DNA of 64,000 nucleotides. It comes from Paramoeba atlantica. Its lineage: Eukaryota > Protista > Discosea. The stretch is from assembly GCA_977017575.1 (NCBI GenBank), contig CDRNVI010000139.1:186001-250000 (forward strand), written 5' to 3'. Below are positions 39,976-51,669 of the stretch, in pieces; within the stretch, counting starts at the first letter, position 1; every line of letters starts with the position of its first letter. The notes beneath the pieces were generated by a model. That model was not told the DNA's origin, ran no database searches, and saw nothing but the letters and a program-made list of their open reading frames with translations. The position numbers and the translations under genes were made by a program.

Positions 39976-42900
39976 TTACTTTTTCTCACAAAAAGAGAAG
40001 CAGTCCTTTTCCGGATTTTGTGTCTAATCATAAATAACAGTGATTAATCAAAAAGAAAAAATAAATTCATGATCAAATTCATTAAAAAAAAGATATTTCA
40101 AAACTCAAAAAAGATCAACAAAACTCCCCCTCCCCCCAAAAAAACAAACAAAACAAAAACAAAAAACAAAAAACAAACCTCAAAATCAGAAACCACCTCC
40201 AAACCAGGAGAAGCAAGACACTCCTCCTCCCCCCCCTGCAACATCTGACAACGAAAATCATTCTCCTCAACAACAAGAAACCAACAACACCGAACAAAAC
40301 CACTCGGAGGAGGTGGAGGAGATGGAGTTGGAGATGGCGTTGGTGTTGGAGAGGGGATTGGCGTTGGTGTTGGAGATGGTGTTGGTGTTGGTGATGGTGA
40401 GGGGGTTGGTGTTGGTGTTGGTGTTGGTGTTGGAGATGGGGAGGGCTGTGCGGGTGGGCCGAGGAGTGTGACTTGTCCGGAGAAAGACCATTCCTTTGAG
40501 AATTGATTTTAGAAATTGGAGAGATTATATTAATGGAGAGAATAAAATGATTTTTGCGAAAAAAGAAAAGAAAAAATAAAAAATTGAGACCAAAAGAGTG
40601 CCTTCATTCCCAGTAATTTGATCTTCAACTTCCAAAGTCCATCGACCTTTTGCAAAAAAAAAAAGATTTAAAAATTCAATTCAAAACAACACAGTTCTAA
40701 TTCGAAGAACCTCGAATATCCTCATTCCAATGCCAATTGGTCACAAAATCAAACCCACCCTCCTTGTTATAAGAATTTCCCTTTTTTTGGAGAACAAAAA
40801 AGATAAGAAGAGAGAAAATAAAGAGAGAGAAAGAAGTCTTCTTCTTACCGCATTGAGTGGGAGTTTTGTCCCTTTCATTTTGACAGCTGTTGGAGGACTC
40901 TTAAACATTTGGGGATATAATCTCCTGTAAAATAAATATTAAATTTCAATTCTATTTTCTTTTAATAAAGTGATTTTAAAATTTTAACAAACCTGATTAA
41001 ATATTGTTCAGTTTCCCAAAAAATTGTGTTTGTTCTCGAAGGTTGATATTCAAAAGCCTGATCTATTTCAACATATTGTCAATAATTTACTTTGGTAGCG
41101 GGAAAAAAGAAGGATTTTCTCACCAATCAAAAGCGCATCAAGTTCAAATCCTTTTCTTTTCAAATTTTCCAAAATCGTGGGCACCGAACAACTGCATCAA
41201 AATCGTTCATTCAAATATTAAAAAAAATGAGAATTTGTCCCAACTCAAGAAATACAAACTTGCTCTTTGGTACCAATAAAACAGTGAAGTATTGTGACCT
41301 AAAAATTCATTTCAATTTCATGTTTTTCTAAAACTAGAACACTAAAAACAAAAAGTACAAACGTTGTCGAATATCCAGATAATTTACAAGTCCTTTCCTC
41401 ACAACAACTGTCTTCTAACACTTCCCAATAACTATTTCCAAACAATTATTGTCAAAATCACTGTAAAAGAAAAGAGAAAAAGAGAGAAACTCAGAGGTCT
41501 GAAAAGTGACAAATTGAACATCAAATTCAATCGGCCTCTGTAAATCTTGTGCGCCGAATTTTCCAGCTAAAAAAATAATAATTATTCAACAAACCAAAAA
41601 AAGAAAAACATTCATGAAATGATTGAATTACGAAATTTTGTTTTTTCATAATTATGAAAAAGAATTAAAACCATCATTAATTGCTCTCACTTCAATTGGG
41701 ACCCTTTCCCCTTCAATGATCCAAGAAATCTAAAGATATTTTGTTATTGAAATCCAAAAGATATTGAAATCAAATTTGAGAGATAAAAACCGAATTTGAA
41801 TTGTAATGCCCAACAGATGTTGATAAAATACTTCTTGTATTCCTATTTTTTGAAATAATTATCAAAAAAATTCTTTGAAAAAGAAGAAAAAAAATCATTC
41901 AAAGATTAAAATGAAATGAGAGAAAACAGACCATGGTGAGACAAGAGTAATTTGCAGCTCGCTTGCATCAGGATGCTCAATCTGAACATTCACTTTCACA
42001 CTCTCCAATCGATGAAAAGACCCCCCTAAATGATACCATTTTAAAGTGAATTCTCAAAAGAAAAGGAAAGAAAAAGAGAGAGAAAAAGAAAAGAAAAAGA
42101 GAAAGAAAAAGAAGAGAAACAAACGGGCGGACACATCGATTGTTGATCTTTTCACTTGGTGATCAGGAAGTTGGTATTTTCGAGTTGAACGAGAATCCAC
42201 AAACTTAATTATTTTTTTTAATTTGATTTTTGGAAAATACAAAAAAGAGAGAAAGAAGAGAAAGAAAATTGTACCTTTATTCCATTCAATCTTTTCCATT
42301 CTCTCTGAAATTGAACTTCTTCCACCGCTGCGGATGCATTCACAAAACCCAACCCCGCCTAATCCAAACAAAAACAAAACATTAAAAAAGAAAAAAAAAG
42401 AGAGAAGAGAAAGAGAGAGAAGAGAGAGAGAGAAGAGAGAGAGGAGAGAAGGAGAGAGGCACTTTTGGGTGGAAACGATGGCCACCATGGTTCCAATTCC
42501 AAGAGATTCCTCCAGGATGATACGCTGTATTTACCTATTTTGATAATTTAAAAATAATTTCTTTTTTGACAAATTAGAATTTCTTTTTGAATTTCTCAAA
42601 ACAAACCAAAATGTGACGAATTTGTTGAACTGTCATTTTCTTTGGCGCAGCTTCTTTCATGAGTGCAACCACTCCAGCTGAAAAAAAAAATCGAAGAAAA
42701 AAGTAGAGAGAAAAAGAGAAAAGAAGAGGGAGTAAATAAAAAGAATAAAAAGAAAAATAGTAGAAAAAAAAAATTCGAAAAAGAAAAAAAAATAATAATA
42801 AAACCGACAAAAGAGGCGGCAATTGGACTCCCGTAAACTTGAACACATTTTGATTCAGAAAATGATGGTAAACTTAATGGAGAGGCGTCACTTCCACCGG

Positions 42901-45074
42901 GAGCTGAAATTAGCTGGTGAAATGGGAACAGGTTTTTTTTTTGGTGTGTGGGGAGGGAGTGGGAGAGAAGGAAAAGAGGGTGAGAAATGAAGGGGAGAGA
43001 GAGAGAGAAAAGAAAGGGGGTTGGGTGTGAAAAAGCAGAAAAAAGAAAAAAAAGAATAAAAGAATAAAAAAAAGAACAAAAAAAGATTTTAAAAAAAAAA
43101 GAAAAGAAAAAGAAAAAGAAAAGAAAAAAGCAAAACTGAAGCAGCACAAAGCTCAGCTTGAGGGGGGATAGAGAGACCATTCTTCTTTTGTTGATGAGAA
43201 GAAACTGTGATCCCCCAAAGAGGAGAACAATATTTATCGAAATTACAATTGTCTTCTTTTTTTCCTCCATCTCCTATTTATTTTAATGTTTAAATATGAA
43301 ATAAAATATTTTATTTTAATATTGGTATTTTAATTTTTATTTTAAATTATCTTTAAATTATGAGTTTTTTTTTCTTACTTATTCTTGGAAAGAAAAAAGA
43401 ACCTGCTGAAATAATAACAGGTTTTCCTTCATCATAAGCACTTTTCACAATATCTTCACAAGTAGAACCTTTTTCAAAAAAAAAAAAAAAGAAAGTCTCA
43501 AAATTCAAAAAAGAAAGAAATCAAGAAAAAACAGAGATGAGAGAGAGGAGGGGAGAGGAAAGAGGGGGAGAGAGAAGAGAGAAAAGAGAGGGAGAAAAGA
43601 AAAAAGAAAAAAGAAAAAAGAAAAAAAGAAAAAAGAAAGAAAACATTCTTGACGATGAGAAGGTTCATCAGTAGAACCATAATTGACAACATAAATATCA
43701 GATCTTCCATGTTTTCTTAAATCATTCTGAATATACGAAAAACCAGCCATTTCCTTTTTTGAAAAGAAATTTATTATTTTGGAAAAGGAAATCCATATTT
43801 TATGGAATAAAAATAAAGGAATAAGAATAAAGAATCAGAATGATCAGAATGGAGAATTAAAGAATAAAGAATAAAGAATGAAAGAATAATAAAAAACCCC
43901 AATGGATTCTTATTCTCTTATCTTTTCAAAAATCTACTTCTTTTCTTTCTTTGAAATCTCAATTTTCTCCATTCTTAATTTTAAAGACTCTTTCTCATAA
44001 AACAATCTCTTTCTTTTCTATTCTTTTAAAATGGAAAAGTATTTTAAAAAAACCTCCATTGTACCCAAAACAGCATATTTGGCGCCTGGGGCAACTCCAG
44101 CTGAACAAACATTCCCTTCTCCCACTAAAAATAATCCAATTTTGAACATTTTCTCTTCTTTTTTCTCTTCATCTCTTCCTTTCTTTTCCTTCCTTTCTTT
44201 TCCTTTCCTTTCTTCCTCTCTTCTCTTTTTCTCTTTTTCTCAGAATAAACAAGAAAAAAACCAGCAGCCCCAGCACAAACTGGGAGAGTCATATCAAGGC
44301 TTGAAAGTCCAGAAGTTGAACTCGCCTGTTTTTTTAGGGAATGAATGAAAGAAAGAAAGAGAGAAGAGAGAAGAGAAAAAGAAAAAGAAAAAAAAGAGAA
44401 AATAAATAGAAGAGAGAGAGAGAAAAGAATGAAAAACCTTTCGATCAATCTGAGCAATTAAATCGAGGTGTTTGGGGATTGGTGAACCAGCTCCAGGAAA
44501 TCCAATCACCACACCTTTTTTATTCTTCAGAGAGAGGAAGAGGGAAAAGAGAGAAAAGGGAAAAGAGAAAAGAGAAGAAAGAATAAAAAGGAAGAAGAAA
44601 GAAACCTTCCCCAGAAATGCCACTCTTCCAAACATGGTCCAAATCCAAACCCCCTTTTTCGAAAAAAAGAAAACCAAATTTGAATTGATTTTTATCAAAA
44701 AGAAAGAAGAAGGTAAAAGAAAAGTAGAGACAAACCAGGTTGCGATTCGGAATACCATGAGAAGATACTCTTCTCTTCTCCAAAACAAAAAACAAGAGAA
44801 AGAGACAAGAGAAGAAGAGGGCGAAACATTTCTCCTCAAAGAGAGAGAAAAGAAAAGAGAAAAACGCCACAAAAAAAGGAAAAAAAGAAAGACTTTTTGA
44901 TACCGAAAAATAACCTTTTTTGTCTTTTTGGAGGTGCTTTTCTCTTTCTTTTTGACCTTTCTGGGATGAGAGCCGCCCGACCTGCTCCAGAACAAAATTT
45001 TCTTGTTTCTCAAACAAAACCAAATTTTGGATTGAGTCTTTTGGAAAGAAAATGGAGGGAAAAGCTATGATCAT
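39976..45074 (-). CDS. Kexin/furin-like (S8B) pseudoprotease lacking the catalytic triad, with P domain, PA-like insertion and Pro/Thr stalk
   Basis: Spliced exons: [129 protein letters not shown]. The start codon is uncertain; 45074 is the first in-frame ATG. Confidence 0.75.
40305..40445 (-). repeat. (CCAACA/CCATCT)n repeat encoding a PTPTPSPTP mucin-like linker
   Basis: Tandem ggtgtt/ggagat hexamers on the + strand, in frame with the pseudo-kexin C-terminus. Confidence 0.85.
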
Positions 45075-46877
45075 CCCTCTTTTCCTTCTTTCTTTTGTTT
45101 CTCTTTCTCTTTGCGGCACTTTTGGTCACGGGCTTCCGCCATCCTTCCATGTCCCTTCTGACTTCAACCCAGAGACCGCAGAGCTTTCTGATGAGTGGGC
45201 TGTTCGACTTCGAGAAGGAGTTGAAGATATCCATAAATTGGCCTTTGATCATGGGTTCAATGTCCATCGACTTGGTATCGCGTCTTTGAAGAATGTTTTC
45301 ATCTTCAAGGAGCACCCACAACGATCTCGTTTCCCTTTCCCTCACTTGAACTTGTCTGAACATGTTGAGTGGGCTGAACAACAAATCTACCGCCGTCGTG
45401 TTCGCCGATCAATCAACTTCAATGATCCAAATTACGAGGATCAGTGGCATTATCATTCTGTGGGGAAAGATATGAACATTCTCCCTGTTTGGGAATCTGG
45501 GAATATGGGAGAAGGATGTCAAATTGCCATTGTGGATGATGGACTTCAGTGGAGTAATCCTGATTTGTCTGTCAATTATGACCCTCTTGGTTCTTATGAT
45601 TTCAACTATGATGACGATGATCCTACTCCTGATAAGTACGAGGACCAGCATGGAACTTCTGCTGCTGGTTGTGCTGCTGCTGCTCCCAACGATATTTGTG
45701 GTGTTGGTACTGCACCCCATGCCAAACTTTCTGGTATTCGTTTGATTTCCAAACTTGCTTCTGATGCGACCGAAGCAGATGCTCTTGGTTTTAAGTCTGA
45801 CCGAAATCAAATTTATTCAAACTCTTGGGGACCGACTGATGATGGAGATACCCTTGAAGGTCCTGGCATCCTCTTGCGCGATGTCTTTACCGATGCAATT
45901 CAAAATGGGAGAGACGGAAAGGGAGCTTTGTATGTTTGGGCTGGTGGTAATGGAAGAAGTAGAGGTGATAATGGGAATTATGATGGCTATAATAACAAGC
46001 CTTATACTCTTTCTATTGGTTCATATGACTATTCTGGACATGTTGCTCATTATTCTGAGTCTTGTTCTTGCCTTTTTGCTTCAGCTCCAAGCAGGTTTCT
46101 TTTTTTTCTCACAGTACCATTATTATTATTTTTTTGACCCTATATACTTCATTCCTGTCAGTCTTTCTCATTTTTTTTATTCATTTCTTTCTTTTTAGTG
46201 GAACCTCTGGACCAGAAATTGTTACAACCTCTGTTTCAGCAAGGAATAATTATTGTACCTCATCGTTTGGTGGAACCTCTGCTTCTGCTCCAATGGTGTC
46301 AGGTATCATGTGTCTTGTTTTGAATGCGAATCCCCATTTGACCTGGAGGGATATCCAAGATATTGTGGTTCTGTCATCAGCTCCAATTGATCCTAAATCT
46401 TCTTGGCAAGGAAATGGTGCTGGTCTTCACTTCAGTCACAATTATGGTTTTGGAAAAATTGACGCTGCTCGTATGGTAGAATTGGCGGAGAATTGGGTTC
46501 CTTTGCCTCCTTCTGTTTTTTTTGATAGTGGATTAGGTTCGCCTCAAAAGTCTGTCGCTCGTGGTGCTAGTGAAACTATCACAGTCGAATGTGATGAAGA
46601 TTTTGTTGTTGAGCATTTTCAGCTTTATTTCAAAGTTTCGATTCAAAGGAGAGGGGATCTTTCTTTGACTGTTTTCTCACCATTTGGAACAACAAGCAAA
46701 ATGATGGTTAAACATCATGATTTGAAGCCTGGTATTACTTGGGTTGCTTCGAGTAATGCTGCTTGGGGTGAAAATTCGAAAGGTCAATGGAAATTGAAGT
46801 TCACCAATGGGGGATCTCGTGATATGATTATTCGAGAGTATGAGATCGTTCTTGATGGTCATATGTCCCCCAATTAA
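45052..46877 (+). CDS. Kexin/furin-like proprotein convertase (S8B), soluble; signal peptide, prodomain, catalytic and P domains
   Basis: Signal [23 protein letters not shown] maturation site, triad IVDDG (D 45535), QHGTSAAG (H 45649), GGTSASAP (S 46278), oxyanion WAGGNG, P domain VEHFQL..RRGDL..WGENSKGQW. One intron, 46095-46198. No TM tail. Confidence 0.93.
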
Positions 46878-47143
46878 GTCGCTCTTTGAAAGGCCTCCTG
46901 ACTCAGTTATTTTTTATTTTTTTAATTTTTATTAATAAAAAACCTTGATGGTATTTTTTCGATTGCCAAACTCTCAAGAAAGACGCAAATGAAAGAAAGA
47001 AAAAGACCAATTTGGGGCGATTTGGGATGTTTTTGAAAAATCCCTTTTATAGAAAAAGTACTTATTTGAGAGGATAAAAAAGCAGTCTTTGCCCAGAGGA
47101 AAAAAGGAAAGGGAAAAGGAAAAAAGTCCCAAGGAAAAGAGGA

Positions 47144-49420
47144 ATGGGAGAGAGGATGAGACGGGCGTCCTTTCTTTTCTGTTTCCTCTCTTTTGTGCTC
47201 CCCTCTCTTTCTTTCTCTCTGGGAGGAGGAGGAGATTCACTCACCGAGACAAACACCAAAACAAAAAACAATTCTTCTTCTCTTTCTCTCTTTCATTATG
47301 AGAAGTATTGGAAGAGAGCAGAGAAGCTCGCTCTCTTAGAGGACAGACAAGTTCCTCACTTTCAACCTTTGAAAGGTTGCCTCAAGGTTCCTTTTTCTTG
47401 TTCTTAATCTGATTCAATCTTTCGCTTCATATTTTTTATTATCTCAAGTGAACAAGAAAAAAAAAGAGAAAAAGTAAACAAAATTCTCCCTCTCCAAATC
47501 TCAGACAAAAAACCTTTCTTTTTTCTCTCAAAAAACAAAAAACAAAAACAAAAACAAAACAGATCTACATATACAATCTCTCCCAATCCCTTCAAGGAGA
47601 CTTCCCATTCGAAAAAATCACCTCCCAAGAATGGTTAGAAAAACTCGTCTTCATCAAAAAAAATCAAAATACAAAACCATTCGAATTCGAAACTCCAATG
47701 AGAGCAGAAATTGATTTATTCCTCTATCGCCTTCTTGTAGACAACCAGAGAAGAAAGGAGGACCCTCTCTATTTTCGATATTGTGGCTTTCGTTGTGAAT
47801 TGGAGAGGGCGAGGAAGTTGTTGTATGAAGAGAGAGAGAGAGAGGGGTGTTTTTTGACAAGTGATCCAGAACAGGCGGATTTCTTTTTTGTTCCAATTCA
47901 TTTGGAAATTGGGAAATGGGGTCATGACTTTTGTCGACAAGGATCAAACTTTTCTGAGGTGTTTCCTCTCTCTCTCTCTCTCATCCCATTTTCTAAACCT
48001 TCAAAAACTCAAATTTTATTTCTCTTTCAAAAAAGATTCATCACAAGAAAAACCAAATTTTGGGAGAACTAGTTCATCTGAATCCTTCCACTTCTTGCCG
48101 CCACTTCTTTATGCATGCACAAGGTCTTTTCTTTTCTCTTCCTCTCTCTCTTCTCTTGAAATAATAAAGTCATTTTTCTTAGGGACTTATCAAGCAAGAA
48201 ATTGTAAAGCTTGGTTTTCTCGACCAGAGGGTTTATTTCAAAATGTTCTCAGAATTGGAGGAACACCAATTTTGCCAAAACATTCCCCTTTAGTACGAAA
48301 TGATCTCGAATTTTTTGAAAAACCAAGTTTTGAGGTTTCCTTTTTCAATTTTTTGGTGATTTTCAAGAAATCAAAAATGGAGTTTGATGGACTTGCAGAG
48401 AGTTCCAAACGAGTTTCCATATCTTATTTCAGTACCATATCCCACAAATGTTCATTGGTCAAGGACATTCAGAGGAAAGCCTCCTTGGGCGAACTCAAAC
48501 ACAGTTAATAATCTTTTTCTGAAAAGATCAGTTTGTTTTTTCTCACGAGAGGAAAAGTTTTCTCACTTTCAACCCCAAGATCAAAAAAAGGAAATATTTT
48601 AATCAAAAATATTATAAAATAGGAGAGACCCATCTTGATGTTATATTCTTCAAGAGCAACCGAACTCCATGGTGATATCCCAACCAGAGAAAAAATCCTT
48701 CAAGCTTGTCAGAATTATCAGAAAGTCAGCCTCTCTTTCTTTTAATAATCGAAAAAAATAATCTCATTTTTCCCTCTTTCTTTGTAGAAATCAGCTGATA
48801 TTTGTCACCTCGATCTGGATTCTGGAACTCTCTCCAAAAAAGAGAATGCTGTCTTTTGTCTTGAGCCAATGGGAGATTCCCCATTTCGAAAATCTATCTT
48901 TGGTTTTTCTCTTTTTAATTTTTTTTTGTCATCACTTTGAATGACCATTTATTCCTTTTTGTTTGAAGATTCAATCACGTATGGCTGTATTCCTGTTCTT
49001 TTTTCCGAAATAACTGACACTATTGCCCCGTATCATTGGGGTGGATGGAGAAATAGAACTCGAGTTTTGGTTTCAAGAAAAGATTTTCTCGAAGGGCGGA
49101 TTGATTTAAAGGTTTCTTTTCTCCTCTCTCTCTCTCCTCTCTTGCTTCTCCTAAAATTCGAATATAGGTCCTCCTTGAGTCAATTCCCTTTTCTCTCCTT
49201 CGAATTCTCCAACAATCAATCCATAAAGTTGGAAAGAGATTTCAAACAAGTTTGCAATATGACCCAGGTATCTTTTTCTTTCAATTTTTCCAAAATGGGC
49301 ATTAAATTTGATTCATTTTAACCAGGGGATTCTCAATCTTTTATTTTGAGAGGACTTGTTGATAAGAAAGGAAAATGTGAAGCTGATCTGAAAAAAAGGA
49401 AAACAAATTACTTCCACTAG
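47144..49420 (+). CDS. Exostosin-family (GT47) glycosyltransferase
   Basis: N-terminal hydrophobic anchor, IYIYNLP, TSDPEQADFFFVP, ISVPYPT, AVFCLEPMGDSPFRKSIFDSITYGCIPV. Stop TAG 49418-49420. Confidence 0.85.
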
Positions 49421-49773
49421 ACAATAACCCAAACAATATAATTGATTCAAATGAGCATCAACAACAACTTCGAGATTGATGAATGTGTTTTCCCAAATGA
49501 AAAAGAAAGAGATGGGAAAGAATTTATCTTACGACATCCAAACCATCTCAAGATTTTTATTCAAGCAAAGCGAGCAAAAAAATCGAAGAATAAAATTCTG
49601 GTTGAAAGAGGTTTTTTATTAAAGAAACAAATCCAGAGAGAGTGTGCAAAAAACTCTGTTTCTGTTGGGAACGAGAAGAAAAGGGGGTCAGATGAAACTG
49701 AACCAGAACAATAAAAATAAGAAAGGTGGCAGAGAAAAGAAAAATCAAAAAAACTAAAACCTTCTCTTCAAAA

Positions 49774-51669
49774 TTATTTCCAAAATTCAATTGACTTCTT
49801 CCCACAATCTGAAACAATAATTGTTCCCGAAGCAACAACAACGCCGCGTGGCTTCTGAATGTGATCTTTACCAAATAAAAAAAGAAATGTTCCATCTTTC
49901 TCAAACACACTCACTCTTTGATTTTTTAATTCACCAACAACAATTCTACCTTCCCCATCCACATCAACACTACTGGGAAGAGCTAGTTGAGAATCACCTG
50001 AACCTTCTGTTCCAAAACATCGAATAAAATTCCCTTCAATATCCATCACTTGAATTCGGTGATTTAAACAATCACAAACAACAATATTCCCATCTCCATC
50101 AACTACAACACTCATAGGTTTGTTAAATTGACCTTCAGAAGAACCTTTTGAACCAAAAGAATGAATAAAAGATCCATCATTATCAAACACTTGAATTCGA
50201 TGATTCCAAGCGTCAGCAACAATGATTCGACCTTCTTCATCTACATCCACTCCCCATGGGTTGAAAAACTGACCCTCTCGAGAACCTTTTGATCCAAAAG
50301 ATTTGATCAATTCTCCTTCTTTGTTTAATATTACAACTTGAAAAGAATCTTGAGAATAATCAAGAACAACAATTTGATCATCCAATCCAATTGAAACATC
50401 AACAGGTTCCAAATAAAGTGAATCAATTGTTTTCTGAATTGTTGATTCAATCATCTCATTTCCTTCTTTATCTCTCACTCTCAATCCACCCCTCCATTCA
50501 CAAATAAAAATATTCCCATCACTGTTCACACACACTCCTAAAGGTTCGTTGAAAGGAAAAGAAGAAATGACACGAAACGAATCACCACCACCATCACAAC
50601 AAATCACTCCTTTCTTTGGTTTTCGTAATCCAACAACTCCTCCTTCAGAAACAATATCATTTGCAGTTTGAAGAAGAGTTGAAAAAAGTTGATCATCAAA
50701 AAAAAGAGAAACATCCGTTGGTGTGTTGGATAAACGAATAATTGAATCTTTTCTTATTCTCAAATCTTCTTTCTCTAATTCTATTTCTTTCTTTTCAATT
50801 CTTTTCTTTTCTAATTTCTCTTCTAATTCTTTCATTTCTCCTTCAATCCTTTTTCTTTTTTCTTCAATAAAAATCAATCTTCTACCCAATTCATCTCCAA
50901 TCTTTACAACTTCATCCCTTTTCTTCAAAACACTTTCTTCAATCGATTTCACTTCCTCTTTGTGTTCTTCATGTGTTTCGAGAACACAACGAATACAAAC
51001 AAAAGAAGAACATTGAAAACAATATCCGCTGATTGTTTCAGATGGGTGGTTTGAACAATCTCTCTTCTTCATCTCAAGATCATCGCCATTATCGTAAGTA
51101 TCGCAAGTGAGCATCTCTGATTGAGAAGAGAAAGAACGTGAAAACGAAAATGGATTCCAAGAAGAAGAAGAGAGAAGAACATCGATCGTTTCTGGAATCA
51201 AATAATTCAATTCAAGTGTTTCAATCATTTCACATTCGTTCGCTTTTCCATAAACCGGACATTTCACTCCTCTCAAAGAGAAAGAAGAAGAGGAAGAAGA
51301 GGTAGAAGATGATGAAGAAGAGGAAGAGGAAGGATTTTGAAGAAGAAAGAGTTTGTTGAGACAAGGTGAACAAAAAGAAAGACCACAACAAGGTAACAAC
51401 CTTGGTTCTTTTTCCCAATTCATCAATTCCAAACATATTCCACATTCAAATCTTTTCTTTTTCTCTTCTTCTTCTTTCTCATTCTGCATCACCACTCCTT
51501 CTTCTCTTTCTCTTTCTTCACCTTGTCCTCTTCCATCATCCTCAATCATTCCAACAACATCATCATCACTTTGTCCTTTTTTTCCACTTTCGATTTTTCT
51601 TTTCTTCTCTCCATTCTCACTTTCCACTCCCATCCCTCTATTCTTTCTCTTTCCTCTTCCGTCACTCAT
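49774..51669 (-). CDS. TRIM-NHL protein copy A (RING with CPVY, single B-box, coiled coil, NHL propeller), intronless
   Basis: 631-aa uninterrupted ORF: CGIC..PCCGLSFCSPC..CPVY, CSNHPSE..CFQC..CIRC..HEEH, coiled coil, and repeated GQFxxPxGV..DxxNHRIQV. Confidence 0.9.
   Translation of the reverse strand: MSDGRGKRKNRGMGVESENGEKKRKIESGKKGQSDDDVVGMIEDDGRGQGEEREREEGVVMQNEKEEEEKKKRFECGICLELMNWEKEPRLLPCCGLSFCSPCLNKLFLLQNPSSSSSSSSSTSSSSSSFSLRGVKCPVYGKANECEMIETLELNYLIPETIDVLLSSSSWNPFSFSRSFSSQSEMLTCDTYDNGDDLEMKKRDCSNHPSETISGYCFQCSSFVCIRCVLETHEEHKEEVKSIEESVLKKRDEVVKIGDELGRRLIFIEEKRKRIEGEMKELEEKLEKKRIEKKEIELEKEDLRIRKDSIIRLSNTPTDVSLFFDDQLFSTLLQTANDIVSEGGVVGLRKPKKGVICCDGGGDSFRVISSFPFNEPLGVCVNSDGNIFICEWRGGLRVRDKEGNEMIESTIQKTIDSLYLEPVDVSIGLDDQIVVLDYSQDSFQVVILNKEGELIKSFGSKGSREGQFFNPWGVDVDEEGRIIVADAWNHRIQVFDNDGSFIHSFGSKGSSEGQFNKPMSVVVDGDGNIVVCDCLNHRIQVMDIEGNFIRCFGTEGSGDSQLALPSSVDVDGEGRIVVGELKNQRVSVFEKDGTFLFLFGKDHIQKPRGVVVASGTIIVSDCGKKSIEFWK

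Noticed and set aside
27500-45000. Dozens of Phe/Leu/Ser-rich or Lys/Arg/Glu-rich ORFs resembling membrane or basic proteins
   Set aside because: Stop-poor translations of CT/GA microsatellite introns, not independent genes.
45010-45810. Minus-strand ORFs inside the kexin gene
   Set aside because: Codon-bias shadows with no domain motifs. One cannot be fully excluded as an upstream pseudo-kexin exon.
49442-49714. 90-aa plus ORF between the exostosin gene and TRIM copy A
   Set aside because: No recognisable motif, and it lies in converging 3' regions. Cannot be supported without expression data.
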